A stretch of DNA of 57,690 nt, filler included, from Sphacelaria rigidula (taxonomy: Eukaryota): the NCBI GenBank assembly GCA_964200075.2. It is 9 parts of 9 records of this genome, joined end to end, with 100 filler letters (N's around TTAATTAATTAA, not from the genome) between each part and the next. Parts side by side here need not be neighbours in the genome. Positions count along the whole stretch, not along the records: positions 32,108 to 38,428 come from CAXNAA020020798.1; positions 38,529 to 44,849 come from CAXNAA020020799.1; positions 44,950 to 51,270 come from CAXNAA020020800.1; 6 more parts are not named here. One strand, written 5' to 3'. How positions within the stretch are numbered: the stretch's first letter is position 1; every line of letters starts with the position of its first letter. The notes under the pieces are model-generated. The model was not told the origin of the DNA, ran no database searches, and worked only from the letters and a program-made list of their open reading frames with translations. Below, piece after piece: positions 37,805 through 50,975 of the stretch. The position numbers and the translations under genes were made by a program.

Positions 37805-38614
37805 CTGCGACGAGCGGGAGAGATGGGGAAGGCGACGGGGACCAGCGAAGAAGAGCTGAATTTGCATGTTGCGCATGCCGACTGCACTGTAATCTTGTGG
37901 TACTGATCCTCGGCAAGAACTCGGTGTATTTGCGGGTAGAACTGAGAAGACTGGTGAAAAAACGGACTGTTATACCTTTCCTTCCAGACGTCAACAACAC
38001 CCTAAGTCGCATCGGGTGAAAACAAAATGGATGGATTTAAGCATTATTTCTATATATCAGTCCAATCGGTCAGATCCGCGGAAATTGTATACAACTTCCT
38101 AGAGTAAAACCCACAATATACCTGGATTTTGGCATAAAGACGGGTTAAATTGTCACGAGGGTGGTCTGTCGAGAGCCCATCACCTCTTCACACATGCCGA
38201 CAAGGTAATACAAAATTAAATAAAAATAAACATAAGCGACAGGACAACGTTCAACGTAAAACTCTCGTGGCAAGAACAGTCCGCAGCTGAAACGTTACCG
38301 AACGATCAATGGACGCAACTGGGACGGTGATTCTGGTCGCGATCTAGCGGGCGAATAGCAACATTACACGGTTAGGACGAATCATCACGGGTTCGAATCA
38401 CCAAGTCCACGATTTCTTCGGCCTGATTNNNNNNNNNNNNNNNNNNNNNNNNNNNNNNNNNNNNNNNNNNNNTTAATTAATTAANNNNNNNNNNNNNNNN
38501 NNNNNNNNNNNNNNNNNNNNNNNNNNNNAGGGGGGGGGGGGGTGAATGGTGCAAAGAACAAAGGAAAAAAAAACAAGGCCCCCCCCCCCCCCCCCCCCCC
38601 CTATCGAAGGATGA

Positions 38615-39200
38615 CTCCATGAGCCGCGGGGTTCCTCAATTGTGAACATTTTATGCGTCGGGCAAGCTCTGAAACAGGTGCACTTTCTTTACTTGCTTTT
38701 AGATTACGGCGAGGATGAGTCGCACTTTTTAGTCGCGCGCGAGGCGAGCATTTGTCCTTTGTGCTGCTCACTTATTTCCCGAATATATCCGGTTGCAACT
38801 GTTTTTTGTTCATTTCTATCATGACCCGCGGGGTTCCTCAAGTTTGAACATTTCATACGTCAGGCAAGCTCTCAGACAGGTGCACTTGTTTCACTTGCTT
38901 TTTAGATTTCGGCGAGCATGAGTCGCGATCTTTCCCAGTGTACAGAACAGAACGTGCATGAGTCGCGAACTTTCCCAGTGTACAGAACAGAACATCTGTG
39001 CTATCATGAGTCGCGGACTTTCTAAACGTCTCTGCCCGTGTGGCGCCGACCGCATGTGGCTTTTTGCATGTGCTCTGTTTTTTTGTATTCTGCTCAGTTA
39101 TTTCCCGAACATATCCGGAGGCAACTGTTTTGTTTTTTGTTCATTTCTATCGTGCGCCGCGGGGTTCCTCAAGTTGAAACATTTCGTGCGCCGGGCTCCA
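38615..39200. repeat. Degenerate tandem repeat (CCGCGGGGTTCCTCAA..GAACATTT units at about 38625, 38826 and 39157)
   Basis: Three related blocks plus a short internal 40-bp duplication. Confidence 0.7.
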
Positions 39201-40658
39201 GAATATAATTTCTCTTACATACCCAGTACGTTGCAGGAATTACCTGCATACTTTGTTGCCCAAGAAAAGAGGGGGGAAACCTGGTGCCCTACGTATTGTG
39301 ATGTGTGATTGCAAATGTCCGTATACCCTGCGGTTACGGGCGTTTCTGCGGTGCAATTGGTACTGATCTCATGGTTGCGAACAGTGGTGTGTTTCCCCGC
39401 GTAATTGGATGGTGCACTAATATTTGGCTAATGGTACGAGTGTCACCGGCTGTGTTCGTCGGCGGTGGACGATGTTTCCTATTCGTTTCTGTGGGTGGAA
39501 AACGTAAATGTGTGTCTCCGTGTGTGTTCTTCGACGGTGGAGGTAGTCTTTTACCAGTTCCCGTAGGTGCAATCATCGAACGTCAATGAGACTCTTCTTC
39601 ATATCCTGCCCCCGGGACCCGTGTCACCACCCGCACACTTAATACGAGCATCGATAACCGCTCCTCATGTACCTTGGCTATAGATCTCATTGAACGTAGC
39701 GGAGGAAGCCGCCGAACCCCTTGTATATCTGTATATATATTGCATGCAGTTTCATGCTCCTGGGAAACATATAACGTCATCTTCGAGGTACGACTAAAAG
39801 TACCAGGTCAGACAAGTTTTCACTGTATAAAGTGGAAACCCGGGGATGATTTCCTGATGCCCCCTGGTCGCCCTGACACATTTACCCCCTCCCCCCGCCC
39901 ATGACACTATGTGGACACATTTTCACGAGTCTGGAAGAGCTGGGGACTTCACTGACACCTACATGTCCAAACCGTCCTTACATTCCCGATTTTACAAACT
40001 GCCATTACTTGTTCGGCCAGACTGGAAAGACTTTCTTTCGCTCACGACAAGAAGGTTTTGGACGGAGGAAAACATGGAGTAGATACTAATGACGGCCCTG
40101 TGGAAGGTTCGAAGCCGTGTCTTATGGGACCTTCGGCATCTTCTCTGGAAGAAACGTTGGCCGAGATCAGGAGTTTTCGCCGGAGAGGGTGCTTTTCCCG
40201 CCCATTTTGTCGGGAAAAGTAAACTGATTTCAAAGAGATGAACTTCATCTGGAGAAGGGCTTACCAAAATCGCACCGCATCAAGCACGGGGTAACTAGCT
40301 CTACAGACGGTACATACATGCAGAGCCGTACACAACGCAGTACAGGCAGCACACGCAGTGGACACGGCGCAGCAACAGCACGATGCAGCGAGTGAAGCGC
40401 TGTGCGACAGTACAGGTGATATACACCGCAGCAGCTGACAGCTGCGTGCAGCACATGCATGCCGGCACTGACGGCAGCAAAGGCATACAGTAGTATTTTA
40501 CACGACAAGGATGCACGGGTTGGGAGCAGTACGGACAGTATAATGCTGCAGGCGAAAGAGTGGATGCGGTGAAGATGATCTTCGACATGTGCGTCGATGT
40601 AGAGGTGATGGTGAGGCCGTGTTGTGTGAATGCGCGCCGAACGTTTGATGCGACTTTG

Positions 40659-40914
40659 GAGTAATGCTACGTTAGGGGTGCACAAATACTTTCTGAGTTC
40701 AAAATTGTTAAGAGTCCTTGATCTCATCCCAAACAAGGGTTATGATATATGTGAGAGTACGCCAGCATTACTATTCCCCTGTGCTAGGGATATCCCGAAT
40801 GGGTTTGCAAACGGGGATGTCCTGACCCATATTCGTGTGCATCTAGAATCGTTAGGAGCCCCTGAACTAGACAAGGTTATAGGCAAAAAGTGCACCCCTA
40901 CCGTAACTTTGCTC
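40659..40914. mobile_element. Sola2-like MITE, GAG..CTC termini, 4-bp TSD TTTG
   Basis: TIR GAGTAATGCTACGTTAGGGGTGCAC / GTGCACCCCTACCGTAACTTTGCTC. A sister copy lies at 55573-55829. Confidence 0.85.
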
Positions 40915-42411
40915 TTTGGTTGAGTGGAGAGAAAGCGTGGGTGTCATTGATCACAAAAAATTTGTCCCCCATATCGTGACAGATGAGGAGTTCGGACGGA
41001 AAGCCATTTGTGTTCCAGTTCCAAGTGAACGAAACGATGGGCAGTGACGGCCCTCGAGAGCGCGTGGAATGCTGCTCTGTGCGACGTCGAGAGAACATTC
41101 TCCTGGGCTCCGACAAAACGTGTGGTGTACCAAAAGGCCATGTACTACCCAGGGCCCTCTGATGGCCTCGGCAGTCCCAGTCACCAAACCGTGACTACAC
41201 AAGGGAACGTTACATTGCGCCCTTAAGCGGCGATAGCGGGTGCACAAAAGCGCTACTTCGAGGTAAGCGAGGACTTCATCGCTGTAGCAACAAACGCTTG
41301 TATACACACGGCTCATATCATTTACATAACGTTTTTCGGATGTTTGCCGGCCCTTTTCAACCTAATCGTTACTGTCTCCATCATCAACCGGGGTCACCTC
41401 GCAAAAGACGTCTGAAGCGATAGGTACGCCATCCCGCCTGTACCCCCTCACCATCTAAATTTTCTTCTGCTTGTTCGCTGGGGAACTTATTACCGAAGAA
41501 TTGATTGTCTACAAATCACGAAAGGCACATTTTTTAGAGCAAAAATGCCTGAAGACAAGGAGAAGTAACAGCGAAGCAGAGAAGAACGCGTTAACTAAAC
41601 ACAAGAATATTACTTTGGGCCCCATGCCTTCCCTCGTCACGGGGTCCAGCGGGTGTCGCAACGCGAATACCCAGCACCCCATTCAACAACGCTGCTACGC
41701 GCGAACAATGAGTCGGATCTTGTATCGAAGTCTGAAGGGGGAGGCGAGGGCGCGAGGAAAAAATAGCAACCCGAAGGGAAACAGGATGAAAAACAAATGG
41801 AAGTACGCCGATGTCACAAGCGCGAAGCGGAAAACCCGATACTTGAGCGGCAGCTGTCCCGTTCGCGTGACGACAATGGAGTCCTCGAAACCCTGACCGC
41901 CGTTGGTTGCTTCCCAGTCCACGCCAATCCAGATGCGCTGAGTGTACAATGAAAAGCCGGTACAAAACGTTAACAAAGAACAGACTTACAAGCTTGCATT
42001 AGCATCACAACAAACAATGCCCGGCAAGGTTTTAAACAGGCAAAATACGGCTAGACCTTTGCCCCGTTATGCTTCCGCAAAATTTGCACACAATATGCGT
42101 TATTGGTTTCGGTCTTGCTCACTGAATTCCAGTAATCGTAACGTCTCGGCGGGGTTTCCGCCTCATATGACCCCATTTTGAACGAGAGGCAGGTTTATGT
42201 TTGAAAAAAAACAACGCATGATGAAAAATTGCACATGCCTACGGAGAGCATGTCAAGTCATTCTGGAAGTAGCTATCGTAGTCGCGGAGTGATCGACCAC
42301 ACAGATTCAGAGGAACAACTGCAATAATCTGTCTCGCTGATTGGGAGTGTCGTCCACTTTTCTTACGATTGATGAGCGTAGGGGCAATTTCAACGGGGTC
42401 TACAAAAAGAG

Positions 42412-43071
42412 TTATGAGCCTAACAGATCGAGCTTTTTTGTGATACTAGTGATACTATGGCACGGATCTGTCGCGCAATGTACTGTCATCAACAGTCCAA
42501 CACGGAATTTGATAGCGTCGAGGGAAACATTTGCAGAACAAATGTGAGATGAAAAAACGTTGCCGCTGGGCGTCCAGGTGCGTCTGCATACTTGTCGCAT
42601 TCGCTCTCTCACCTTTGCGAAGCAGCCGTCCAAGTAAAATTGGTGTAGGTCAGTCATGAACTGTCCCCTTGTTTTATCGCCCACGAGTTCTACCTTCGCC
42701 GTGATGGCCAACAGCACCGTCGGATTCAGCTCTGTCAAAGCGGCGATTTGATCAACGACATCCTCCAGAAGCTGAGAAGAGACTCTGTCACAGTCGTCAT
42801 AACTCCAGAGTCTTCTGTCACGACAAAATCCCTGTAGTCATACATCCAGGTGTAGCAAGATCGAGATTCCGGTACCGCTGTAGGGTAGGGGGGGGATGAT
42901 GCGTTCATGTCGGAGGTCGAGTTCTAGTACTCTGATCATTTGCCCCACAAGCAACAGTCGATGCACCACACAAAACACAGAAAATCCTACGCGGGTCTCG
43001 AAATATCCATGAAATACATGTCGGTCGGGGTCAGTCCTTCTCTCCTTCAGTACTGGAGCAACTGACGACAT
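42412..43071 (-). pseudogene. Intronless hypothetical ORF interrupted by one in-frame stop (possible viral relic)
   Basis: ORFs 42838-43071 and 42412-42738 are in the same frame and join through a single TGA. The start context is AAAATG. Confidence 0.35.
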
Positions 43072-43153
43072 TTTCAGTCAACTCAAACCCGAACCACAAA
43101 AAACAGACGCGAGTCTACCGTTGTACAGTTTACACATCTACATCCCAGCGGAA

Positions 43154-43821
43154 TCACCATGCCAGCGCATGTCCCGTGTACCAGTATCGTCTATGTGCCC
43201 ACAGGCCTACGCGCATCACCGCTACCACGGTGACTCTTTTTGGTGTGTGCGTACGGAAGCGATAGCGCAAGAAGCGCGAGGAAAAACAAAGGAAGGGGGA
43301 CGTAGTCAACGATCTACAGCTAACAGCTCGAGCTTTTCGCTGAAGGAACGGACGTGTTACACACGGGCGATACCCTGTGCAGGCTGCCACCTCAATGAAC
43401 TCGATGTACTGCACCTGTCCCGTGGGGTCGATCGAAGTGCCGTTTCGCACGCCCCTCTGCCGACCATGTGCTCTCTCGCCGGGCACACACGTGAACACGA
43501 CTGGGGGCGCTGTTTCCACGCGCCGTCTTAAAAACCCAGGCAGCTCCCCCAGAGAAATTACGCTTGGAAAAATCAGGGATGAGAAACTCAAGTTGAGCTT
43601 CACCATCACCACGTACGCATAGATAGAAAAGATAAGCCATATCAAGAAGACCGTCACAATCCCTCCGTCTGGCCGGCCCGCGCTAAGTTCACGCACGAAT
43701 TCCCGAGGGAACGACAAGGCAAACATAGAGAGAGCCACCATCTCGTACGCGAAGATGCTGAGTGACCCGAGGATCTTACACAGCAAATTGCAGCGCGTAG
43801 GGGCGAGGGTGGGCGGCATGA
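43154..43821 (-). CDS. Intronless hypothetical membrane protein (two hydrophobic helices), possibly a decayed viral gene
   Basis: About 220-codon ORF with hydrophobic segments ILGSLSIFAYEMVALSMFALSF and GIVTVFLIWLIFSIYAYVVMV. It lies about 80 bp from the next co-oriented ORF. Confidence 0.35.
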
Positions 43822-44249
43822 GAACCAACTGGTCGTCTTGCCTTGCACCGTATTCCTCGTCATCCCTGACCTCCTGTGATTCAGTTTGACGTGCGACAGA
43901 GACTCGTGATCAGGATATCTATTGTACGGCCGGAATGACTCAAAATTTATCGGGAACGATCGGCGGTACTTAACTGTCCATTCACGCTTGTGTGAGGTGT
44001 GAAACATGATACGCGTCGCAACGTTTAAATTCCTTCATAGCAAAAGCCTCGAACATGGAAGCGTTTCAGTCCTCAAAACAGACGTTGACGTAGCAAACAG
44101 AGTGGCGCCACGGCGGGTGTGCACAACATGTTTATGTAGTTCTTCACTTCGGGAGCCTCTCGCTGACAAACATTGGCACCAAAATGTACAACCTTCGACA
44201 ACCATTGGCCAGAAACGTGCCCCCCTATCGTGGAACCACTCAAAATCGG

Positions 44250-44755
44250 TGGGTAGGGGTGTACTCATGATATTGCATGCCACACTCGTAAGAGCATTGA
44301 CCTCGCATCCCTTCAAAGCCGGGACTGAGCACACCCGGTTTTCGCCCGACCAGGCTCGCAACCAATCACCAAGCGCGGAGCACCGTGGTGTGTTCGGCGG
44401 GTGGCATGAAGGGTGAGCTGCATCCTGCTAAGATTGATCGTCCCGAAGCTTACTGATTTTCTCGTTTTTAAATGATAGCCTCCAATAAGTTGCTTTATTT
44501 TTTGGCATTGCACTTCCATAGACAGCCACGGCTTATACGCTGAATCATGGATGTCTCACTATTCGAACACCACGTTGTGCGATCATCCCCTTTGTGCAGA
44601 GTTGAGGTTCTTCCACGCCGCACAACATGATCTAGCTCGACGACCATCATGGTTACCGCAAAAACAACGCAAGCGCGCCGAAAACATCGGCGACCTGGTT
44701 GCCTGGTTTACGCCGTGAGCGGCGTGTTTTATAGCGTCATCGCGAGACGACGCCA
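44250..44755 (-). mobile_element. Degenerate LINE 3' fragment, second subfamily (..CEVNxxT..ACxIMSTP terminus)
   Basis: Shares the terminus GAGGTCAATG..GCATG..ATCATGAGTACACCCC with 44950-45010 (+), 45608-45657 (-) and 49395-49490 (+). Confidence 0.55.
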
Positions 44756-44761
44756 ACCCCG

Positions 44762-44849
44762 GAGGGGGGCGGGGGGGGTACTCATTTGTTGCTTGCCTTA
44801 TCGTTCGACCATTGACCACGCATCCCTTTCGATACGGAGCACCGTTCCT
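44762..44849 (-). mobile_element. LINE 3' end (poly-C family), cut by contig edge
   Basis: Matches 11010-11090. Another copy lies at 56296-56388. Confidence 0.7.
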
Positions 44850-46534
44850 NNNNNNNNNNNNNNNNNNNNNNNNNNNNNNNNNNNNNNNNNNNNTTAATTA
44901 ATTAANNNNNNNNNNNNNNNNNNNNNNNNNNNNNNNNNNNNNNNNNNNNGAGGTCAATGGTCAGATGACTATGACATGCATGATCATGAGTACCCCCCCT
45001 CCCCCCCCTCCCGGAGAGAACCGCGTGACGCCACCAAGCAAAAACGACCCTGAACCCCACAAAGAAAAAACCAACCCATCTCGACAGGGTATTCGACCTT
45101 CGGCCACCAGCAGCGGAGCCGGACACTGAACCATACATTCCTTTTCCCCGTTTAACTCCCTCTCTACGATGTACCGTCCCATTTTCATTATGCCCTATCC
45201 CACCTTTATCAATACTTGCTTTTATCGGTGGCAATTTGTTTTTGCCTCGAACATGCCTTGGTGCAATCGCCAGCCTCCACGCTTGTTCACGTCTCGTCGT
45301 TCCTGTACTCTGGACCTTGCCTACCTTTGTTCCACTGCGATGCGTTCCAAAACCAGGTGCCTACACTCAAAACATGGCCGACATTCACGTCAGCTTTCGG
45401 CAGTATCTGTGACTGTTTAGCGGCTTCGTTTCTTCTCATTTTGGGCTTCGTTTCTTTCGGCGTTGTGTCGTATTCTGTGTCTGAGCTTCATCTTTGCTCG
45501 TACAGGAACGTGGTAAATTCAACTTTCACCAGCCGAGCCAGCCTTCTCTTTTTTCAGCCCGGCGCTTTTGGGGGCCGAGAGGGAGCGTACTCATTAGTTG
45601 TCAAGAGGAGGGGGGGTGTACTCATGATCATGCATGCCATAGTCACCAGACCATTGGAGAGGAGGGGGGGGGGGATAGGAATGTCCCGAGTTCTATATGG
45701 AGCTAGTTTAAACATGACGAATTATCCTATTTTAGGGCGGGAAGATCAAGTTTCTCGAACTTGAACCAGCTAAGAGTGACCCTGATCTAGTAATATAGGG
45801 TGATCAAGTCGCTTGATATTGATGTTGAGTCAAGTCAGTTGGTATTGCAATTTATGCGTCGGTGATGAAGTCATTTCCTCACTCCCTTGAACCTGGGATC
45901 TTTTTCAACATTACTAGGTCTATTAGTGATCGGGTCTTGTTCCCTGCGTCAATTAGATTCCTGCGTCTGCTGTTACTACACGTATTTACAGCAGTAGGTT
46001 GTAATCTGGTCGTCTAGATCGCACGCCGGTAATTTGTCAGCTTGCAGTGTGTTCCCTATAGTTCGATCGGTTTTTGCGGGCTTGTTATTTTCGTTCAACG
46101 TTTTTGTGTAAAGGCATCCTCTGTTGACTCTTGGTCTTATGTCCTTGGCCATGGGTGGTAGGCTCCTTGCACCCCGTGACCACAGGTTGAAGAGATCGAA
46201 CTAATGTGTTAGAGGAATTGATCTAGCGTGACGTAAGCTCTAAAAATAGAAGATGACAGTACCCCGCCGGTGGGAGTTGAGATGCAATGTGCCGGTGCCG
46301 TGTCTTTTGCGCACGAATGACACCCGTGCCGTGCCTTTCCCGCCTTTCCATAAAAAGACAAATCCTCAACGGACGAGCACAGCACCTAAACTAGTCCTAG
46401 TGCTGTAGACAATAATCTGTACTTGTTCAAACGAAAGACACTGTACACTCCAATTACATCAAATCATGTGTAGGCGTCACCACAATGCTGGAGTTGATGA
46501 GCATCGCAACATTTGTGGTACATTCATCATTTTC

Positions 46535-46947
46535 TAGAGCTCAGAAATGGTACCAGTTATAACTGGCCATTATCATTATAATGGTAATAATGATAATGGT
46601 TCTATGAAAAATTTGGATAATGGTTTCAAACCATTATTTACCGTTACCGGCTTTAGAAGCCATCATCGGCTACGTACGCTACATACAGCCCTCGAAAGAT
46701 GGCCAAACTCTTCCGTGTTTTTGAGCTCTAGCGCAGTCAAATTGCGTGAAAACGTGCCTCCGGCACGGTGCCTCCACTGGGGCCTTCCGGCGGCGCCTCC
46801 GGCTGGGCCTTCTCTGCCGGGGAGAGCTTTTTGGCTCGCGGTTGCGCCCCCCGATGACCAAACCATGTACCATTTAACCGGTTAATGAGGGCGCTACGCG
46901 TAACCATTCAACTGGTTAATGGTTAGACAAACCATTTCCGAGCCTTA
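46535..46947. mobile_element. hAT-type MITE with 8-bp TSD TCATTTTC
   Basis: TIR TAGAGCTCAGAAATGGT / ACCATTTCCGAGCCTTA, AATGGT subterminal repeats, and TSD at 46527-46534 and 46948-46955. Confidence 0.9.
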
Positions 46948-47239
46948 TCATTTTCTATTTTTACATTTTCCTCGTTTTTAAAACAATTGACCTGGGCACT
47001 GTAGTCGACCTTGGCTCCCCAAATAGTGCCTCTAATGTTGGTAGAAAACCACGTTTTCAGATTCTAGTGAAGCCAAATCGCGTAAAAAGCGCCTCAGGCG
47101 TAGCGCCGTCAGCGCCCCCCCCTCACCGGCCGGGGGGAGCTGCCGGTCGCGCCGCCACCATGTAGCTTCGCCGCGCCACCAGTATACTGATCGTATCCAG
47201 TATACCGGACCACGGCTGGCTGTGCCAGTTTCCAACCTT

Positions 47240-48365
47240 GGGGATTTCTCTTTCTATCTACCTCTCTTTTCCGGCGCGCTACAACCCATTCATCACTCTC
47301 CCATCCCCGTCTTGGACCAAGATGGCTCCCCCCACAACCAACAACGAGAAAGCGAGAGGCAAGTCTATGCCCAAAGAAACAGTGTCCGTCGACAAGCTGG
47401 CCCTGCTCGATGATGACCAAGCAAAGGCCTTTTACGCTGCGCGATCCGACTATGACGAAGAGCCCCTCATGTCCCTCGACAGCGAGGCATTGAAGACCAT
47501 CATACAAAACATGCTGATCGACAGAGAGTACCACGCCAAGTCGCCCTCTCCCATAAAGAAGAAGAAGCAGGAAGATGGCGTCTCCAAGCAACTCGCCAGT
47601 TTCCAGATCCATGCAAGTTACGATGTGTGATCGTAATTCGCGTGGATCTTGAGACTGGCCAGTTGCTTGGAGACGCCATCTCCCTCCTTCTTCTTCTGTT
47701 TATGGGAGAGGGCGACTTGGCGTGGTACTCTCCGTCGGTCATCGTGTCTTGTATGATGGTCTTCAATCTCTCGCCTTCTAGGGACATGAGGATCTCCTTA
47801 CCATAAATCACATCAAAATCCGTAGGATCCGGAAGTACTTGCGAGTTGCTTGTACACGCCGTCTTCCTGCTTCTTCCTCTTAATGGGAGAGGGCGACTTG
47901 GCGTGGTAATCTTCGTCGGTCATCACGTATGTCTTGTATGATGGTCTTCGATGCCTCGCCGTCGAAGGACATGAGGACCTCCTTGTCATGAATCACATCG
48001 TAATCCGCGTGGATCCGGAAACCTGCGAGTTGCTTGTACACGCCGTCTTCCTGCTTCTCCCTCTTCATGGAAGAGAGCGACTTGGCGTGGTACTCTTCGT
48101 CGGTCATGTCTTGTATGATAGTCTTGAATGCCTCGCCGTCGAGGGACATGAGGGCCTCTTTGTCATAGTCGGATCGTGCAGCGAAAAAGGCCTTTCGCTT
48201 GGTCGTCGAGCAGGGCCAGCTCGTCGACGAACACTCTCTCTTTGGACATGGACTTCCCTTTCGCCTTCCCGTTGTTGGTTTTGGGAGGAGCCATCCTTTT
48301 CCAAGACGGGGATGGGGGAGCGATGAGGAGTGGGGAGTAGCGCGCCGGGAAAGAGGGACAGATGG
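47240..48365. repeat. Tail-to-tail inverted duplication of a gene-like unit encoding ~60-aa repeats
   Basis: The plus ORF 47322-47630 (MAPPTTNNEK..) carries one repeat. The minus copy from about 48293 carries three ~180-bp repeats with frameshifts. The centre is TTACGAT-GTGTG-ATCGTAA at about 47617-47635. Confidence 0.85.
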
Positions 48366-48954
48366 ACCAGAGGAAAGTTCATATTGAAAGTGCTAGTGCC
48401 TGAAAATCGAGATAGTATCGTGTCACGTTGTGTGACGGGCTGTGACAGTGCCGAAAACCCAGTAATAGACGGAAAGTTAGCTCCGTCTTTCCACGAAAGC
48501 CCGGAACGCTGAGGGTGCAGCATCATCGCGCTGGGCGTCGAAATTCTCCCTCAAGACTTCGAATCGGAGTATGATACTAGAAAGGCAGCAGCAACTGCTG
48601 TGTGTCCAGGTGCCCCTTAGAGCAAGATGCATTTGGTTTCTGTTTGACAGATTTCACCAAAAAACCGCATCAACGGGGTTTCAAAGTAGAAAAAATGTAG
48701 CAAAAAACGAGTCGCACAAGCGGAAGACGACGACGAGCAACTGCTTCGCGCGCACGGTCACACCGGCGATCGTTGCCGTGAACCGGCCGCCGCGGTTGCT
48801 TGCGGGATTTTCCACGACGCGTTTGACTCGCTGATCGATATTAACCAGAAAAACGAGGAACCAAACGAAGCCGTCGCCAAATGGGACAATAACACAGAGT
48901 TCAACTCTCCCAACAAGAAAACGAAGTCGGCCTGATTCACTTCGATTTATGAGT

Positions 48955-49290
48955 TGCAAGTGCTTGGGATGCTCTGTGGCATCTTGATCGCTGTTCCGTT
49001 GGGCGTGATAAGAGGGAAAGACCGGTAGTCATTCTTGTTTGGCTTGTGTCTGGGCGGTGGTGATACAAGACGCTAGCCATTTATTCCTGGCTTGTGTCCG
49101 GGCGCTATAACTTCGATTTCTGCCTTGCAAATGCTGGGGATGCCTTGTCGCATCTTCTTGACGTTAATGTTCCGTCGGGCGTGATGAGAGGGAACGACCG
49201 GTAGTCATTCTTGTTTTGTTTGTATTCGGGTGGTGATGTGACAGGAAGACGGTAGCCATCTATATCTGGCTTGTGTCTGGGCGGTGATGA
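48955..49290. repeat. Two-copy tandem duplication (~170 bp)
   Basis: TGCAA.TGCT.GGGATG...GAGGGAA.GACCGGTAGTCATTCTTGTTT occurs at about 48955 and 49126. Confidence 0.75.
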
Positions 49291-50223
49291 AAAATGAAAA
49301 TATCTGTTTTCTTAGTCTGTTGTGTGGCAGGTATGTGTATGTCACACTCATTACACCTCAGCTGCGAACATTTCCCAGTTTGCGACCCAGAACAGCCAAA
49401 TTAGGGATCTCGCTTTCCATCGTCTCCTCCCTCCCCAATGCGAGGTCAATGGTCTGATGACTATGGCAGGCATGATTATGAGTACACCCAACGCGTCGCC
49501 TATGCAACGCCTCGGTGCTGATGCCACAAAAGTGAAGAACTAGCATGAAACTAGTCGGAGTGTTGTCATGTTCGGCACCATATTATGTGAAACGTTTTGT
49601 TCATGTCATGTGGAGCTCTTCAAACCCATCATATTCCCGGCTTTCCTCTTCTAAGCCTATAGCCAAGTGTGTGCATTGTATGCCGAGTGTGCTCTCCCAC
49701 TGTACTGTGTGTGTGTCCATACAAACACCGTAAAGAAGCCGGAGGTGCTTGGTTGAGACCAGTTCCTTTGAGGCCCCAGGCCGAAAAGGGTTCTATTGGA
49801 CCGAAATTCAAAAAGTGTCCTGTCCTATTCTATCCTATCCGTCCGCTCTCACAACGAAGGCCAGAACCACGCATTTTTTTTCTCGAATGGATTCGAAGCC
49901 GCTCTGCGCGGAAAGACCATCCTATCGCTCTTCTAACATCAATCGAGATGCCCTCAAGAAGTTTCAGCTCCATTGGTGCTCATGGCGTTGTGTTTCGCTT
50001 CTGTTTGTGAGCGATCTCAAGAACAGCCCAGCTCGACCCCTTTTGACCAGCGCTGGTCTTGATTCAACTTCTCAGACTTGACTATCGCAACTTCAAACGA
50101 GGCACTTTTGGAGGTTGGAGGCATCACACGCAGCAACCGGCACTCGGAATCACTCTAAAACCCCTCAAGAAGGTTCAGCTTCATTGCTGCTTTCATCTTT
50201 GTCTCCGCTTGTGCATGCCGACG

Positions 50224-50975
50224 CCGTCCGTGGCTGAGGTGGGACGGGGTGTTAAAGTACGTGATCTGGTTGATTCAAACTACTCTCCGTGTGTCGACTG
50301 TCGACAAACGGTGCAAGTACGGGAGCTTCTGGTCGCAACGTCCGCGGGCGGCGGAGACGTATTTCGGCTTCCACGGTGACAAATAGAGACTGTAGTACAG
50401 GTGCGACCTTGTACTGCTGAACTGTCTGTGCTTGCAGAGCTGCGCTTTGCACGCGGATAAGAAGTGTGGACGCCGTATCCTGGTGCGCCTTCATTTTTTA
50501 TCGCGAGGGGGGTTCAGCAGTCCCTTTCCCTCGTCAACCGTAGAGTCGAATTTTGTGTACCCACGACATAGTCGCTCTCCACTGTAGTATGGACTTGTAT
50601 CTCCTCGAGAAAAGAGGCGTCCCCATATCCCCACTCACCACGCCAAAACGTTCCATGTCTATATGTAGTTCACCCGGCCAGGTTACCGCTCCTTCCCGCC
50701 GCCACCCGTCGGCTGAGATGGGAGGGGGTGTTAAAGTACGTGGTCTGATTGATTCGAACTACTCTCCGTGTGTCGACTGTCGACAAACGGTGAACGTACC
50801 GGCGCTTCTGGTCGCAACGTCCGCGGGCGGTGGAGACGTATCTCAGCTTCCACGGTGACAAATGGAGACTGTACAGGTGCGACCTTGCACTCCTGAACTG
50901 TCTGTGCTTGCAGAGCTGCGCTTCGCACGGGGTTTGGCAAGCGGATAAAAAGTGTCGACGCCGTATCCTGGTGCG
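50224..50975. repeat. Direct repeat ~265 bp (50224-50488 and 50707-50975) separated by a SINE A fragment
   Basis: High-identity copies, mirrored in the ORF track peptides. Confidence 0.85.
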
